Assembly: GCA_027604505.1 (NCBI GenBank)
Contig: JADIIX010000005.1
Location: 62,001-126,000, forward strand
Direction: 5' to 3'
DNA from: Gonapodya sp. JEL0774
Lineage: Eukaryota
Length of the DNA stretch: 64,000 nt
Positions 1 through 12,021 of the stretch are shown piece after piece. Below the pieces are notes generated by a model. It had not been told where the DNA came from, searched no databases, and worked only from the letters and a program-made list of their open reading frames with translations. Position 1 is the stretch's first letter; each line of letters begins with the position of its first letter. The translations under genes were made by a program, and so were the position numbers.

Positions 1-1
1 A

Positions 2-329
2 CAGCAGCCACAATGCCAGCAACAAAACGGAACAGGAACCGGACCACAAAATCTGCCCATTCACAGAGCCAGCAGCCATAAATCCATCAACAAGAGCTGT
101 GGGGAATGCGGTACAACTTCCTCGCCAGAATGGCGTACCGGTCCCGGTGGTACAAAGTGGGCCTATCACTTGGATAAATTTTGCTGTCAGATCTCACTGA
201 CTTGTGACTTGTCGTGCCTTTCCCTTCCACAGGCTTTGCAACGCGTGCGGCCTCCGCTTCCGTCGGCGCAACCAGACCGTATCCCAAAAAAGCACTTCTG
301 AGAACCGTACTGTTGGAACTGCCGCATAA
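2..329 (+). CDS. GATA-type zinc-finger transcription factor, 3' end (5' part outside window)
   Basis: Frame from nt 2 plus a GT-AG intron at 157-232 gives ...[36 protein letters not shown]...TAA* (Cx2Cx17Cx2C, LCNACGL signature); stop at 327-329. Not in the ORF track. Confidence 0.9.
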
Positions 330-803
330 CTGTAACAGCAATGGTCTGGATTCCAAGGGAGGAAAGCATTCGCACAAGGGGTGATGGGGACAAGAACCAA
401 AAATACCACTCATGCTGTTACATTGAGCACAATTCAATCACAGCAGCCACTTTTTACCTACACAGTTCTTCTTTATACCGTTTTTGCCTCTTTGCAAATG
501 GGGATGACGTACCTGTACTGTAGAGCTTCCACTAACAAAGACTCAGTTGCATGTTTAAAACCTTCCCTGCTGTTGACACAATCTCAAATCAATCGCCAAT
601 CAACTAGAATGAGTTTTGCACATACATAAGAGACCAGTGCTATACATATATACACCTGAATGCCATTGAGTACAAAATTACGCGGTCGAAAAAGAGATAT
701 GATGAATGGTAACAACCAAAGAATTGGACGCACTAAACGCTTTGATCAAAGAGCAGGACATGTATCTGAGTCCTCTGACATGCAATGGCTCCCACTCATC
801 ATG

Positions 804-3800
804 TCATCGTAACTCTCCTGCACCTTCCTCCGCTTTCTCCACGTCCAATCCCTCTCCAAACCCTGTGAGCTTTGCTTCCACCCAGCCAACAACTTCTTCC
901 ACGAGTCCCTCCCTCAAACCAATCATATCCGCCCTGAGAGAGTCGAGGAGCTTACGGAGGCGGGTAGGGGAGTCAGGGTCAGAAGGCCGGAACGGGTGGG
1001 AAAGTGGAACGTGGCTTGAAACAGAAATTGAGGAGAGTGAACTCGAAATCGTTTGCAATGGCTACAATCGAAACTCACTGTGGGTCCTTCTTGGCCTCCT
1101 CCACCACGCCTTCTATTTGCCTCTTAACCTCTTCCCAAGTCGCATGTACAACCCGCGCACTCGCATCTCCGTTGTTCGCATCTCTAAACTGGGCATGTTC
1201 GGTCTCTTCAAAGCCCTCCCCGACAACTTCCCAACTCATCCCATAGGGTACTCGTCCGTTTCCTCCGGGTAACCACTGATCGAGTCCCACATGAAACACC
1301 CCCCACTTGCTTCCTGCACCGTGACCTCCGTAAGGACTCACAATCACACCAACAAATGGTTCAACATCTCTGCTGCCGGCTTTGACACCTCCTACTTCGG
1401 AGGAAGCCTCAATACAACTAGACCTCCGAAATAGTGCTTGGTACCCGCCCTGTGTAGCGACATCCCTGCCACTGGGCTTCGCCTCAAACGTGGGATGGGA
1501 ATGGTACCATCCCACAACAGCCAATCCCCGTTCAGAGAAAGACTTTCTTGCCGCAAGTTCCGAAAGCGGATCGATTTCGCAGTGGACCGGAGAGGAAGAG
1601 AGGGCTTGACACGGGCGAGCAAGGCGGAGGTGTATGGATGGAGGGCAGCTTGTGGGCAGAAAGTGACCAGCGATGAGACCGAGAGACTCGTGGTGAGAAA
1701 GATGAGCATGGAGATTCATTAAAAGCTTCAACAAAATTAATCGGAATGTTGAATAGTCGGCCAGAGAGAGATGATGGCTTTCCTGTAAGCCCACAAATGA
1801 ATCTCACCTTCACCCCCACATCCACTGTTAGCTTAAACGGTGCGTTCCTTCCGTAGCTTGAAACATCCATCAGCCCCAAATCCTCCTCTCCGTATCCTTT
1901 CCGACCCAAACTGCTCCAATCCACTTTCCATCGTTTCCTCTCCCCCACTTTCATGCCCTTCCTCTTTTTCCTCTTCCTCCTCTCAAATCTTTCCAGAGCC
2001 GCCTCGACCTCACCGGGAGCAAAATACCGTGCGTTTGCCAGCATGAGTTGACGCTGGTCTTCATCAGAGAGATGGCCCGACGAGTGAGAGGCGGCCGTGG
2101 AAGCGGAGTCCGAATCTGAAAGAGGTTCTTCGGAAGCATGTACATAAAATGTTGACGGAGCACGATTGCGCGCAGGGTATCGAGTCGCTCTGGTCCCGGT
2201 CTCTGATGCATCGAAAATTGCGTCGTCCCCATTTCCCTCTGACTCCCGTTTCATTCGCTTCCGCTTCCTCTCTTCCTTCCTCTCCTTTGTCACGCTTCCT
2301 TCTCCTATCTTCGATGCTCCTCTGTTGATTGCCCCACATCGTTCCAGAAATGTGTGTACGCGAGACAGAGCATGGACATCGCCTTCCTTCAAACCTCTCC
2401 TGCATCTCGTCTTGGTCAGGTACCATGGTCCCTTGCCAACTTTCATCCTGCCGCCTTTTCCTTCGAGTGCCCGCTTCGTATTTGCCTCCCATTCCGCGAC
2501 GTTTCCGGCCCACAGTGTCAGCATATGATTTCTTATGCGAACGTATCGCTCGGGAGTTTTGTGTGCTTGCTTCAGGGAACGAGGTGGCAGAAAGAATTCG
2601 GGGTTGTGTAGAGCTTCGAGTGGATGAATAAGGGTGGGATGGATGGGCTAGAGAAGAATGGGTTTGGAACAGGCTGGCAGCAAGGATAAGCGAGCAACTC
2701 ACCGTGTCCCATAAATCATCAGGCTCATCTTCCACATCTCCTACCCCTTTAGTGCTTGGGCCACCGTCCTGTTCTTCGGACTTGACCAAAACGGTATTCT
2801 CCACTCTCAGGGGCAAAGTATCCTCCGATCGGGCGCTGCCCGAAACAATATCTGTGCGGTGAAGAGACGGTTCAATACCACCATTCTGGTTGAGGATTGT
2901 ACTTTCAATGTCATTTGCGGGCGCGAGTTCAGCTGAAGTGGGTGGTGGCTCAGCCAAGTTGATCGCCCTCTTTGGGGTGCTTGGTACAGGAAGTGGCCGG
3001 GGACCGATGGCATCAACGTCCATCGCATCAGGAATTAAGCCAGTGAAATCATTCGGAGATTGAGAATTGGCTCTTGGGGGTGGTGGATCCGCCAAGGTTT
3101 TAGCGCATGTCGGAGACACTATCTCAAGACTGCGAGGTGGGTTTGGTTCGGATGCGACCTGGAGCCCGTGCGCGGCAGCACCCACAAGGCTCATAGCAGC
3201 GTCAATACGCGATTGGGCAGTTCGCGAGGAAGGAATAGACACGGCTGCGCTGACGATGGGATCTGCGGGAAGAACTGCGACTTCGGGTTCCGTCCTGGCA
3301 TTATCAGCCGAATCTCCCATCGCCATTGAAGTTGAAACTGTCACAATGTTCACCAAATGTAGCGTGGTAGCGTTTGTTGGCATGGTCCGGGTATGGTGCG
3401 AGACTTCGTCATCCAGGTCCACGTCGAGGTCCTCAAGAGTGTCTTCCGTTTCAGCGTGCACAAGACGAACGGTTTCTTTCGAGACAATCATGGGGCGTGT
3501 TGATGGTTTGATGGCTCCAACAGCGGATGCCGAAGAGGAGGATCGTTTAGACGGTGCGGGTGCAGTGGTTCGTGGTCGTTTCGCCGTGTGTGATGTAGCG
3601 GCGGTGGTGGGGGCTGACGGTGATGTAGAAGCAAGCAGAGTAGATATGTCGGCTTTGGCTTTTGCTTTCGGTTGGCGCGGTTTTGGGCGGGGCTTTCGTG
3701 AACCAATGTTCTGATGACCACGTGCTAACATTTGGGACGATGACCCCACGTCAGAAACAGTATCGTCCAAGAGGCCCCATTCTGCCAGTTGTGCTCTTTG

Positions 3801-4205
3801 TGCTGCCTCCAGGTCAGCATCCCTGTTGGGGTTCACGGCGTGGCCAGCTGAATTAGAAAGGGTACTTCCCATATTGTCACGCAATCCAAGTCCTTTTGCG
3901 CCATTCGGATCGCGAAACACTGGCACACGCGTTCCAGTGGGCCTTCTTTCACCCGCAACATCCTCTTCGAGAATAGACTGAATCAACGCGAGTGTAGTGG
4001 GGTCTGTGTGTGGATCCAGCAAATCAGTCGACTGGAGCAGGTTCTCCACCAAAGGAGGAGGCGGTGATAGAGCGACTGGTACGATCGATGAAGAAACTGG
4101 GGGTGCTGAGCGAATTGGAGCCAATCGTGCCGGGAAATGGGCCGTAGCAGAGACCACCGGTTCTTCACCGTCGAGCTCATCAATGTCGACCTCCTCGTCC
4201 GCCAT
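804..4205 (-). CDS. MYSM1-like SWIRM + MPN/JAMM metallo-deubiquitinase
   Basis: Long low-complexity N-terminus; SWIRM-like [33 protein letters not shown]; intact JAMM motif (E in [25 protein letters not shown]); [11 protein letters not shown]. Multi-exon; start and stop inferred. Confidence 0.85.
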
Positions 4206-4860
4206 CTCTAGCAAGAGCTCTCCCAATTTAGTGCAGAGTCGCCCACGGTCTACCGAGGGTGGAGGGTAGTTCAGAGGTGGTGCTGGATTCGCATCCGACT
4301 CCACACAGCCGAGATGATTTGGAACACGTAACGAACTTTACATAAAACAATCAACCTTCCTTTATATAAAAAAAGTCAGATTTTCCTCGCAAACTTTTGC
4401 TTTCATGCTCTCCCCCTCAGAAGGACACGCGTTTCACATGGATCTCAAAACTTGACACAAAACCTGATTTCTCAGTACAGAACTCGCTGTGTTGGATTAT
4501 TTTGTTGTGTTGAGTTTTCCCGTTCGAAGCAGCATTCAGGGATGTCGGGTGGGGGCGGGGTAGTAAACAACAATCCCGAAACTCTGGACACCCCCACACT
4601 TCGGCGGGTGGGCTTTGCCATCAGAAGACCATCGAAAACTATGGCGCATGAATGCACAAAAGTTCAATCACGTGTTCGTGCAGCAGTGGCTACTGAGAAT
4701 GGATATGTGCTCCTGTGATATTATGGAAAGACGGTCACAGTTCGGCTCAACCTTCAAGTGGGAACCGTTCTTTGGAAATCACACCAATACAAAGCGCTAA
4801 AAGCGTCAAAAGTTGCAACTCTTGTTCCCATCCCCACTCCTCCCTATCAATCGCCCGGTC

Positions 4861-6214
4861 ATGGACACTTTGGCAGCCGATGCAGCCTCGGGAACCCAAG
4901 TTCCGTCACTATCGGCGCTTGAGGACCTGAAATCAACGTCGCCAACCTGGTTTGCCTCCAACTACATCGTGTTCCTTTTTATCATCTACATAACGATGAG
5001 ACTCTGTGGATTCGGGCTGAAGCGTCTCGATCCGGTTCGCTGGAAGACATTTACAGAGGAGCAGAGGGTTAACGTCATCTCGTACGCAGTGCAGGTAAAA
5101 ACCGGAGCAAACCCGCCCATCACATAAGAGATAAAGTTGTCTCACGTGTGCTTGGCTTCTCAGATAATCATGACTTCACTTGCACTCGGGCTCCAGTTCG
5201 CAGGAATTCGCGCACTCAGTCCGTCGTACCAAGTGTCTCTTCTGGAGATGCAGCTTGGCCGAGCTGCGGGCAGCGTTGTATGTCTCCTCTATGCCGCAGA
5301 ACTGCTATTCAGAAGAAAGTTGAGGTTGACTTTGGTACGTTACCTGGACGTGTCACGGAACCTGTCACCTTACTAAGCGCTGCCAACTCTTCTAATCATG
5401 GCGTTCGATGTGATTGGTCATACTCTAGGTCACTCACCACATTTCGACAATTGGAATTTGTATCTTCTTCATGGCGATGTTTGAACGCACTTTCGACCCC
5501 ACCCTCGTCAGAATGGCGCTTGCATTCCTTTACCAAGCAACTTTGGAGCAACTAACGTTTGCGGGACTGCTACTATGTGAGTGGTGATAGTGATGACTGG
5601 AGAAGCACGGTAGTTGGTGTGGTGCGGACAGATCGAAGAGTTATCAAGCTGATCGGACATTAACTATGCCAGATCGCTTCTCCCCTAAAACCTGGGTAAC
5701 TTATTACACTCTACTTGTCGGCGCAGTTCTTCCCTTGGCGCTCAAGCTCTTATCTCTTGGTTATGTTATGGTCATGTGGGGGAAGTACATTATTCCCCAG
5801 GGCACTTCGAATAAACTGTACCTGGCCTTCGGTGAGTTTGCCCTACTTGTAACAGCTTTGAATTTGTTCCGCCAAGGACATGGCACAAAAATTAACGATA
5901 ATCCATGTTTTCATCATCACGTAGACATTGTTCTCCCTGTCGTTGCATCAATACTTTTGTTTACTCAAGTCTGGAGTGCAAATGTGGTGTGGAAGCTTGC
6001 TCTTAGGAGTCGACCAGATGGCGCATCGTCTCTGCGCAAGGTGGAAGCCGGGTCTTTTGAAAAGCCGTTGGCACCGTCGAGAAACGGAGAGGACAATCTC
6101 CTCATACCTGACACGCAAAAACCGAACAGTTTTGATTCCCGGTATCCTGAATCGGTAGCCGATCGGGATGATATTGGGGATATTATGCCACAGGACTTCA
6201 TGAAGCAATTTTAA
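4861..6214 (+). CDS. Polytopic membrane protein, TLC-domain-like
   Basis: Several hydrophobic exons; YAAELLFRRK...THHISTIGICIFF and ATLEQLTFAGL motifs resemble fungal TLC-like proteins; hydrophilic C-tail ends at 6214. Confidence 0.6.
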
Positions 6215-6411
6215 CGTGTCCCCACTTCGTACCGTTCTTCACGCTCTCACTGTTCCAACGATTTCTCATTCTATGACTACTATAACTAGCACTTAGACTA
6301 AACAATTAGAATTGCGATAATTTTGGGGTTATCTAATATGACGAACAGTGTATATATGGTGTACATGCGAGAGGAGTTTGCATGAAACTCGCTCTCCATC
6401 TTCAGGGCCAA

Positions 6412-6493
6412 TTTCATCATATTCAAGCAACATCAAATCTTTACTTTTGAAGTGGCCGATTTGCGTCGAAACCACAACGTGTTCTGTCGGGGA
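6412..6493 (+). repeat. 82-bp dispersed direct repeat, copy A
   Basis: Ungapped match to 10316-10397; 73/82 identical by my count, first 31 nt identical (TTTCATCATATTCAAGCAACATCAAATCTTT). Confidence 0.95.
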
Positions 6494-6536
6494 GCCGAGT
6501 TCGTGCACAAGCCAGGCCCCTCGAAAGATTTCCACC

Positions 6537-7478
6537 ATGGTCCTTCGTCTACCCGCCATCCAGATATTCCGCGCGGCAACCTGCTCTGCAGCCCCTTTGC
6601 CCAGGCGCGTCTTCCATTGGACGCCGACCCTACTCCAGCCCTTCCATAACACAGACTCACAACCATTTGGCGAATCGCTCGTTCCTCCCGAGGTGGAGGA
6701 GACTGTGGCCAAGGAGTTGGAGCAGGGTTCGCTCGCCTATTCCGTGTTCAAATTGCGGACGGCACTCGCGGAGTCACATCAGATGCTCAAATCGAAAGAC
6801 GAGGTCCTCAAGTCCAAAGATGAGATCGTCAAGTCGAAAGATGAGACTCTCAAGTCGATCCTCAAGTCGAACGACTACATTATTGAGGCCAAAAATGAGG
6901 TCCTCGAGGCCAAAAACAAAATCATCGAGGGAATGGATAGGGAATTGGTGAGTACGGCACTGGAGGAATTTTTGATAGATTTCATTTCGAGACCTTCCAA
7001 TTTACTGTTCCAGAAGCGGACAAACACGGACCTTTTGCGCGCGAGACACTCAGTGGATCTCAGGGGTGTTATGGGTGCGTAGTTTGGCTCTTTCAGTGGA
7101 AGTTTTTTTTCACATCGTCATTCCATTCCAGAGCGGTTCGAAGAGAAAGTTTTGGAGACCTATCGCGGCACGAGGACGACCAAGTGGACAGCGTACATCG
7201 CCGCAAACGAGTCCTCAAAACTGCGAGGGGAGCTCAACTTGCCTCCAAAGAAAGTTTTGGAGCTCAGCAAAGACCTGTACTCCCTTTTGTCCAGCGACAT
7301 CCACAACTCGCTGTCGACCAGCCCAAAATATGTGGTCTGGAATGTCTCTCGCTTCGATCTCAGCACCAACCGGTTGATTCTCTATATGTTGAGGGAAACC
7401 AACGTTTTTTTCAAGGCGGAGAATGCGGAAGGAAGTATGGACGAGCTTGGTCTGAAACCCACCGAGTGCTACCCGTGA
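6537..7478 (+). CDS. Uncharacterised coiled-coil protein with putative mitochondrial presequence and LYxxLSxxIH motif
   Basis: CCACCATGG start; exons 6537-6947, 7014-7074 and 7132-7478 with GT-AG introns splice in frame: MVLRLPAIQIFRAAT...KSKDE heptads...DLRGVMERFEE...LYSLLSSDIHN...ECYP*. Confidence 0.8.
6786..6923 (+). repeat. Coding 21-bp tandem repeat (heptads LKSKDEV/LKSKDEI/VKSKDET...LEAKNKI)
   Basis: Units CTCAAATCGAAAGACGAGGTC, CTCAAGTCCAAAGATGAGATC, GTCAAGTCGAAAGATGAGACT, one 12-bp partial unit, then three more diverged units. Confidence 0.9.
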
Positions 7479-7499
7479 GGGAAGTGAGCGACTGATTGT

Positions 7500-10300
7500 T
7501 CTACATCTTGTAAATACAAACAAGCATTTGAATACGCTTCCAGTCTGCCCACCGCCACCCCCCTCGACGTCTTTTGCTACGCACCCGCACCCCCATGTCT
7601 CTTGCTCCGCCGCGCCATTCATGGCCGACAGCGTCGGCCCCATGGTGAGCCCCTATCGCAAACGCGGGCATCGCCAGCGTGGCCACTTCATCCTCTCGCG
7701 CTGGTGGCCCAGGAATGGCAGCACCCGGTGCCGCCGCAAGGCCGGCCAGCGCGACGCGGGCGGAGGTGACCGGCGCGACCTGACACGATGAGGCTGAAGG
7801 TAGTCAGGGAAGCCGATTTGAGACCGGGTGGCGTGGAAGCGGACAGCGGCCAGCGGGTCCCCGAGCGCGGAAAAGGCTTCTCGTGACAAGCCGGTTGGTG
7901 TTGGAACACATCAAGACTCATTGAGAGCGGCGGGGCTTGTGGTGTGAGAATTCCAACTTTTGGATTCACTGCGAGAGCCAAGGGCCGAAACACAAGCGCT
8001 TATCAGACTCAGGAGCTCCGTCGCTTCTCGTCAATCTGCACCATTGCAACCTTTATGGGATCCCAAATCGATTCCATCTGTGAGGGTCGACACAGCCAAA
8101 GCAAGATCGCCACGACGCCAGCTCACATTCGCCAGCACAGCAGCACTCTCTGCAGCACCGTGCATTACAACATTGATGCGGTTGAATCCGATTCGATTTT
8201 GCCTCGTACTGAGGGACTGACCCATGGTGAGTGGCGAAAAGTCATGGGGCTAATTTGACAAGCGAATCACGGTGAGGCTTACAGGGGCTTTCACAGGGAG
8301 ATCCACAGCATCCAGGTCAGTGGTGAAGACAGTCATCGGTGGTGGTCAGAGTGCGAATCACGGAAGAAGGTGAGGCGAGACTGTCAGCAAAAGCCAACAA
8401 CGGCCTGTGCTTTCACTCGAGAGCAAGGGGAGCAATGCAATCTGAGCTCGATTTTGACGCAAGGGCTGCGTATGCTCGACGGTGAAAGACGAATGAGTCC
8501 ATTCAAAAGGTGAGTCAGCCTCCTTCGTTCGGTCTGCGGCGCTGCCAGCACACGGGCATTGGAGTGCAAGTGTTGGCAGTGTGTCGGCGTTTTTCCTCCA
8601 GCCAGGCGCATCTTCGTTCGTGTGTGGCAAGTGAAACGAGCTCCCAGCGTGCAAGCCCATAGGCCGGTGGAGATTTGGGAGTGGTCGACCGACCGCCCCC
8701 GGGCTACGATCTGGCGCCTCCCTGTCGTTGAAGTGTTCATACCGGGTGGGCGATCAGGGAAGGTGGTTTGAGGATCCGCATGGGTGACGGAGGCCATGTG
8801 GAAGTTTTTTGGCAGCATGGCTATTTTGCAAAAACACAAGTGTTTCCGCGAATGTAGTTCCCAATACATCCGTGAATATTCTTTCATGTGCGCTGCTTGT
8901 CGAAATGATTTGACTTTCTGAGGACTGTGGCGCTCGAAGCGTGAGAAAGTCGATGCCCTTGTGGACTGCGCGTTTTTCGCATTTTTCGCAGTCTCTGGAT
9001 GCAGCAGCATACAAACCAATGCAGAGTGGCATGGTTTAGCACTCCCTGTGAGCTTCAACGTCGCTGCGCAAATCTGAAAGAATTATGCACGGGCAATCTG
9101 TCCATTTCGTCTATCCCACCCATTAAACTGCACCTGGACGTGTTGGCTTTAAAAAGCAGGAGCCGCTTTCTCTGAGCGACTACTGCAGCGTCAGGCGTTG
9201 TGCGCCTGGGGTTTCGTTGGTCCGATGCCACGCGCCCGGCAAAGGATTCCGACGAGTGTTTGCTTGGAAATTCAGAAACGGAAGACGGGGGACATCAATT
9301 GGGATTTGGGAAAGGGACTGGATACTTTATATCAGCGGATCGGGACTGCCGCATAACCATGATCGAAATTACTGCCTTTGAGGAATTCCGAATTGCAAGC
9401 CAAACACGCGTAACGAAATGTTTGATCTGGAAGCCACTTTATTGTTGGTGGTTACTCATATCATGGCCAGGGCAGGAACGCCTGGTGTTGCTGCAAGGAA
9501 ATGTGCCGGCGACGCAAACTGCGCCTTGGGCAGCTGGGGGCAAGGGCGCCTCGATGGCACCAGGGAAGCCGGTCATCCATGCCTGCAGCTTGCCGCACCC
9601 CTTCTTCTTGTGCCGGCGGAATTGCGTCTCCTAAAATAGCCCCCCGCACCCTCGACAACTGAGAGTAGTCAGTCACTGGCTCGGCTTACCCCCCGCACCC
9701 CACCGACTCACAACTTGTTGCACTTTGGTCCTGTGTCCCTCATGGACATCTGGGTCATCGCCGGGACAAACCGCGTCGCCTCCCCATCCCCTTTGCTGCA
9801 GCACGTCCCTCCGCCCACGCCTGGGCTTGTGGACAGCTGCCGTTCCTGCAGAACTGCACTGGCGACTACCCGCAGCCGCTGAACCACCAAAATCTGTCAG
9901 GGCTGCTGACCTTGGCATTCGGGGTTTGCAGCTGGGAGGGTGGCACAGGTTGGCGAGAACATTTCTTACCTATTCATTGACGGGCTCAAAATTATTGAAA
10001 CAAAGCACATTTGGAGTTCAATTTACCATCGAGATTTAGTTTAACAAGAAACATTGACGAATAAATGTAATGTGCGGCTGGCGGCTACTCCGTCACCGGC
10101 TCTCACCCTGACTCCCGGTACCGTGACTCTCCCACCGTGACTCTCACCATGACTCCCACCGCGACTCTCATCTTGGGTCCCGTTGTGACTCCTGCTGTGA
10201 CTCTCACCATGACTCTCTCGCCATGCTCCCTCACTGCATTGAAGGCAAAGTGCAATTGAAGCCCGCTGCAGCTCATCCGAGAACGGTGTAGGCAGGGGAG
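7500..10300. other. Unresolved, probably degenerate repeat/relic DNA
   Basis: No convincing spliced protein recovered on either strand; GC-rich patches, repeated CCCCCGCACCC, a minisatellite at the right end; lies between the two 82-bp repeat copies. Confidence 0.35.
10110..10224. repeat. 12-bp minisatellite (consensus ~GACTCTCACCAT)
   Basis: GACTC starts at 10110, 10125, 10139, 10151, 10163, 10187, 10199 and 10211; strict 12-bp period from 10139, with one degenerate unit at ~10175. Confidence 0.9.
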
Positions 10301-10315
10301 GATGGACAAGGGTTG

Positions 10316-10397
10316 TTTCATCATATTCAAGCAACATCAAATCTTTGCTTTTGAAATGACCGATTTGCGTCGAACGCACACTGTGTTCTTTCGGAGA
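10316..10397 (+). repeat. 82-bp dispersed direct repeat, copy B
   Basis: Matches 6412-6493 in the same orientation. Confidence 0.95.
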
Positions 10398-10999
10398 TTC
10401 CTCCCACAGCAGAGCATTTCCGACGCCCCAGGAGCCTTCTCCGCGAACCACCACTCCCTCCCGCCCCCATTTTCCGTGCCGCTGCCTGGCGTCCGATTCT
10501 GGGGGCCGGTTTGAAATTGATTCCTACTTGATTTACTGGGCCTAAAACTGTGAGGTTTGACTGGCGGGGTTCCATCATCGCTTCTGAACCTTTCCACTAA
10601 ACCCTAACCCTCTCCATATCTGAACCGTCTCACTCTCTGGACCCTAGCCAATATCATGATTTTCAACTTCGGCGATGGTTCACCTCCTGCGTATCCGGAT
10701 CCCTCATTATTTGATAAAGTCGAAAAGTGCGTCACAACCGTCTGTGATAGATGTACCATGTTCACTACAACGTAGTTGCACGACAAGATCTCAGACCCCA
10801 ATTGGTCCTCCTCACCAATAGCAAATGAAATTCAGGCCGTCGCTCAAGATTTGGCGAGTAGCTGCTCTGATCGAAGGAGTAACCAAGAATCTTCCCAAAC
10901 CACACAGGAGCTAACTTCGCGTTATTTTCAAGGGATGTCTTTGTCAACATTCTTGTAGCAACAGAAACATAGTACGAATATTCATCACTAATCAATCTT

Positions 11000-11829
11000 T
11001 CATTTGCTGATGTAGTTGTAGAATCCTTGTTACGAACATTGGGTCAGTGCGAACCACAAGATTGATTGCTCCAAGTTCAAACTCACCGACTGCCAGGGAG
11101 GCGTGCATGAGACCGATCACAGTCTCTGGTCCTTTGGCCTCGGGCTAGGGGAACCATGGATTCACTTATTAGCTGGTTGAGGTTTCTAATCTTCGACCTT
11201 TCTCACCTTCTTGGGCTTCGAGAGGAGGTAAAGGCTGACCAGCCCGTGGTAGAAAAGGTGTCCCAACCCGAGCTAATGGAAACCATACGAAGTTCTGGAC
11301 CAGTTCTTACAACATCTCACAGCATTTGAACTTTACCTCCTTGTGTCCGCTAACATTGCCAGACCTCCAGAGCGCGAAGGTGGGAATGGCACTGAAGCCC
11401 ACAGCTAGGATTGAAGAAGATTTCGATTTGAGCATGAACAGTCACAATGTATCTTCATTCGATGACAGTTGCGAGAGCCACATACCTCCCAAGAAAAAGA
11501 GCAGGTCACCATCCGGAACTTTGTAAACGGACTTTTAATTGTTTTGATAAGGGTAGAGAGCATTGGACACGATTCATTCGTTGAATCACCGCGCGAGAGA
11601 ACAGATTCTCCTGTTCAAAAGTTCTCCCACGACACAGAGCTTAAGAAAGTAATCACCCCAGCTTTCTGCACGTCTCCGAGAGTCTTCAAGGACACGATGC
11701 CGCCCTCCATGAGGACATTGAGAAGGAAGAGTGTGGAGTCTGAGCGATAAATGCAAACAACGATGGGCCCGTTGGACAGACATGGACGGGCACACGAAGA
11801 TTTGATGAATCACCAGAAACGAGGCTCAT
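11000..11829 (-). CDS. Small multi-TM His-rich protein, tandem paralog 2
   Basis: Manual splicing: MSLVS/DSTLFLLNVLMEGGIV...LLFFLG/AVGFSAIPTFALWRSGNVSGHKE/LGLGHLFYHGLVSLYLLSKPKK/PEAKGPETVIGLMHASLAV/GFYNYISK*. Co-linear with 12022-12829; one middle exon is uncertain. Confidence 0.75.
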
Positions 11830-12021
11830 CGTGTGATGGAGGGTATGAGATGGAAATGAGTATGATTTATGTTTGATGGAGAAACAATTCCGAAGGTGGT
11901 GTCAATCGGGAGATCTCAACCGCCCACCTCCGCAAGGAGGCTCGTGCACTAGTCGAAGCCGTTACACAACAAGGTCAGTAAAAACTCTCGTAGCATTTTT
12001 AATCAGGTTTATTCCAAAACT

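Noticed and set aside
5590..5652. C/D snoRNA in an intron of the TLC-like gene (GTGATGA...CTGA)
   Set aside because: The CTGA coincides with a likely branch-point region, the terminal stem is minimal, and I recognised no rRNA-antisense guide.
10595..10611. CACTA terminus or telomere-like CTAAACCCTAACCCT
   Set aside because: Only about two repeat units, and no matching GGGTTTAGTG end with a target-site duplication was found.
10655..10958. Small plus-strand gene (MIFNFGDGSPP...LHDKISDPNW...)
   Set aside because: The apparent exons do not join in frame at the obvious splice sites; at best a fragment.
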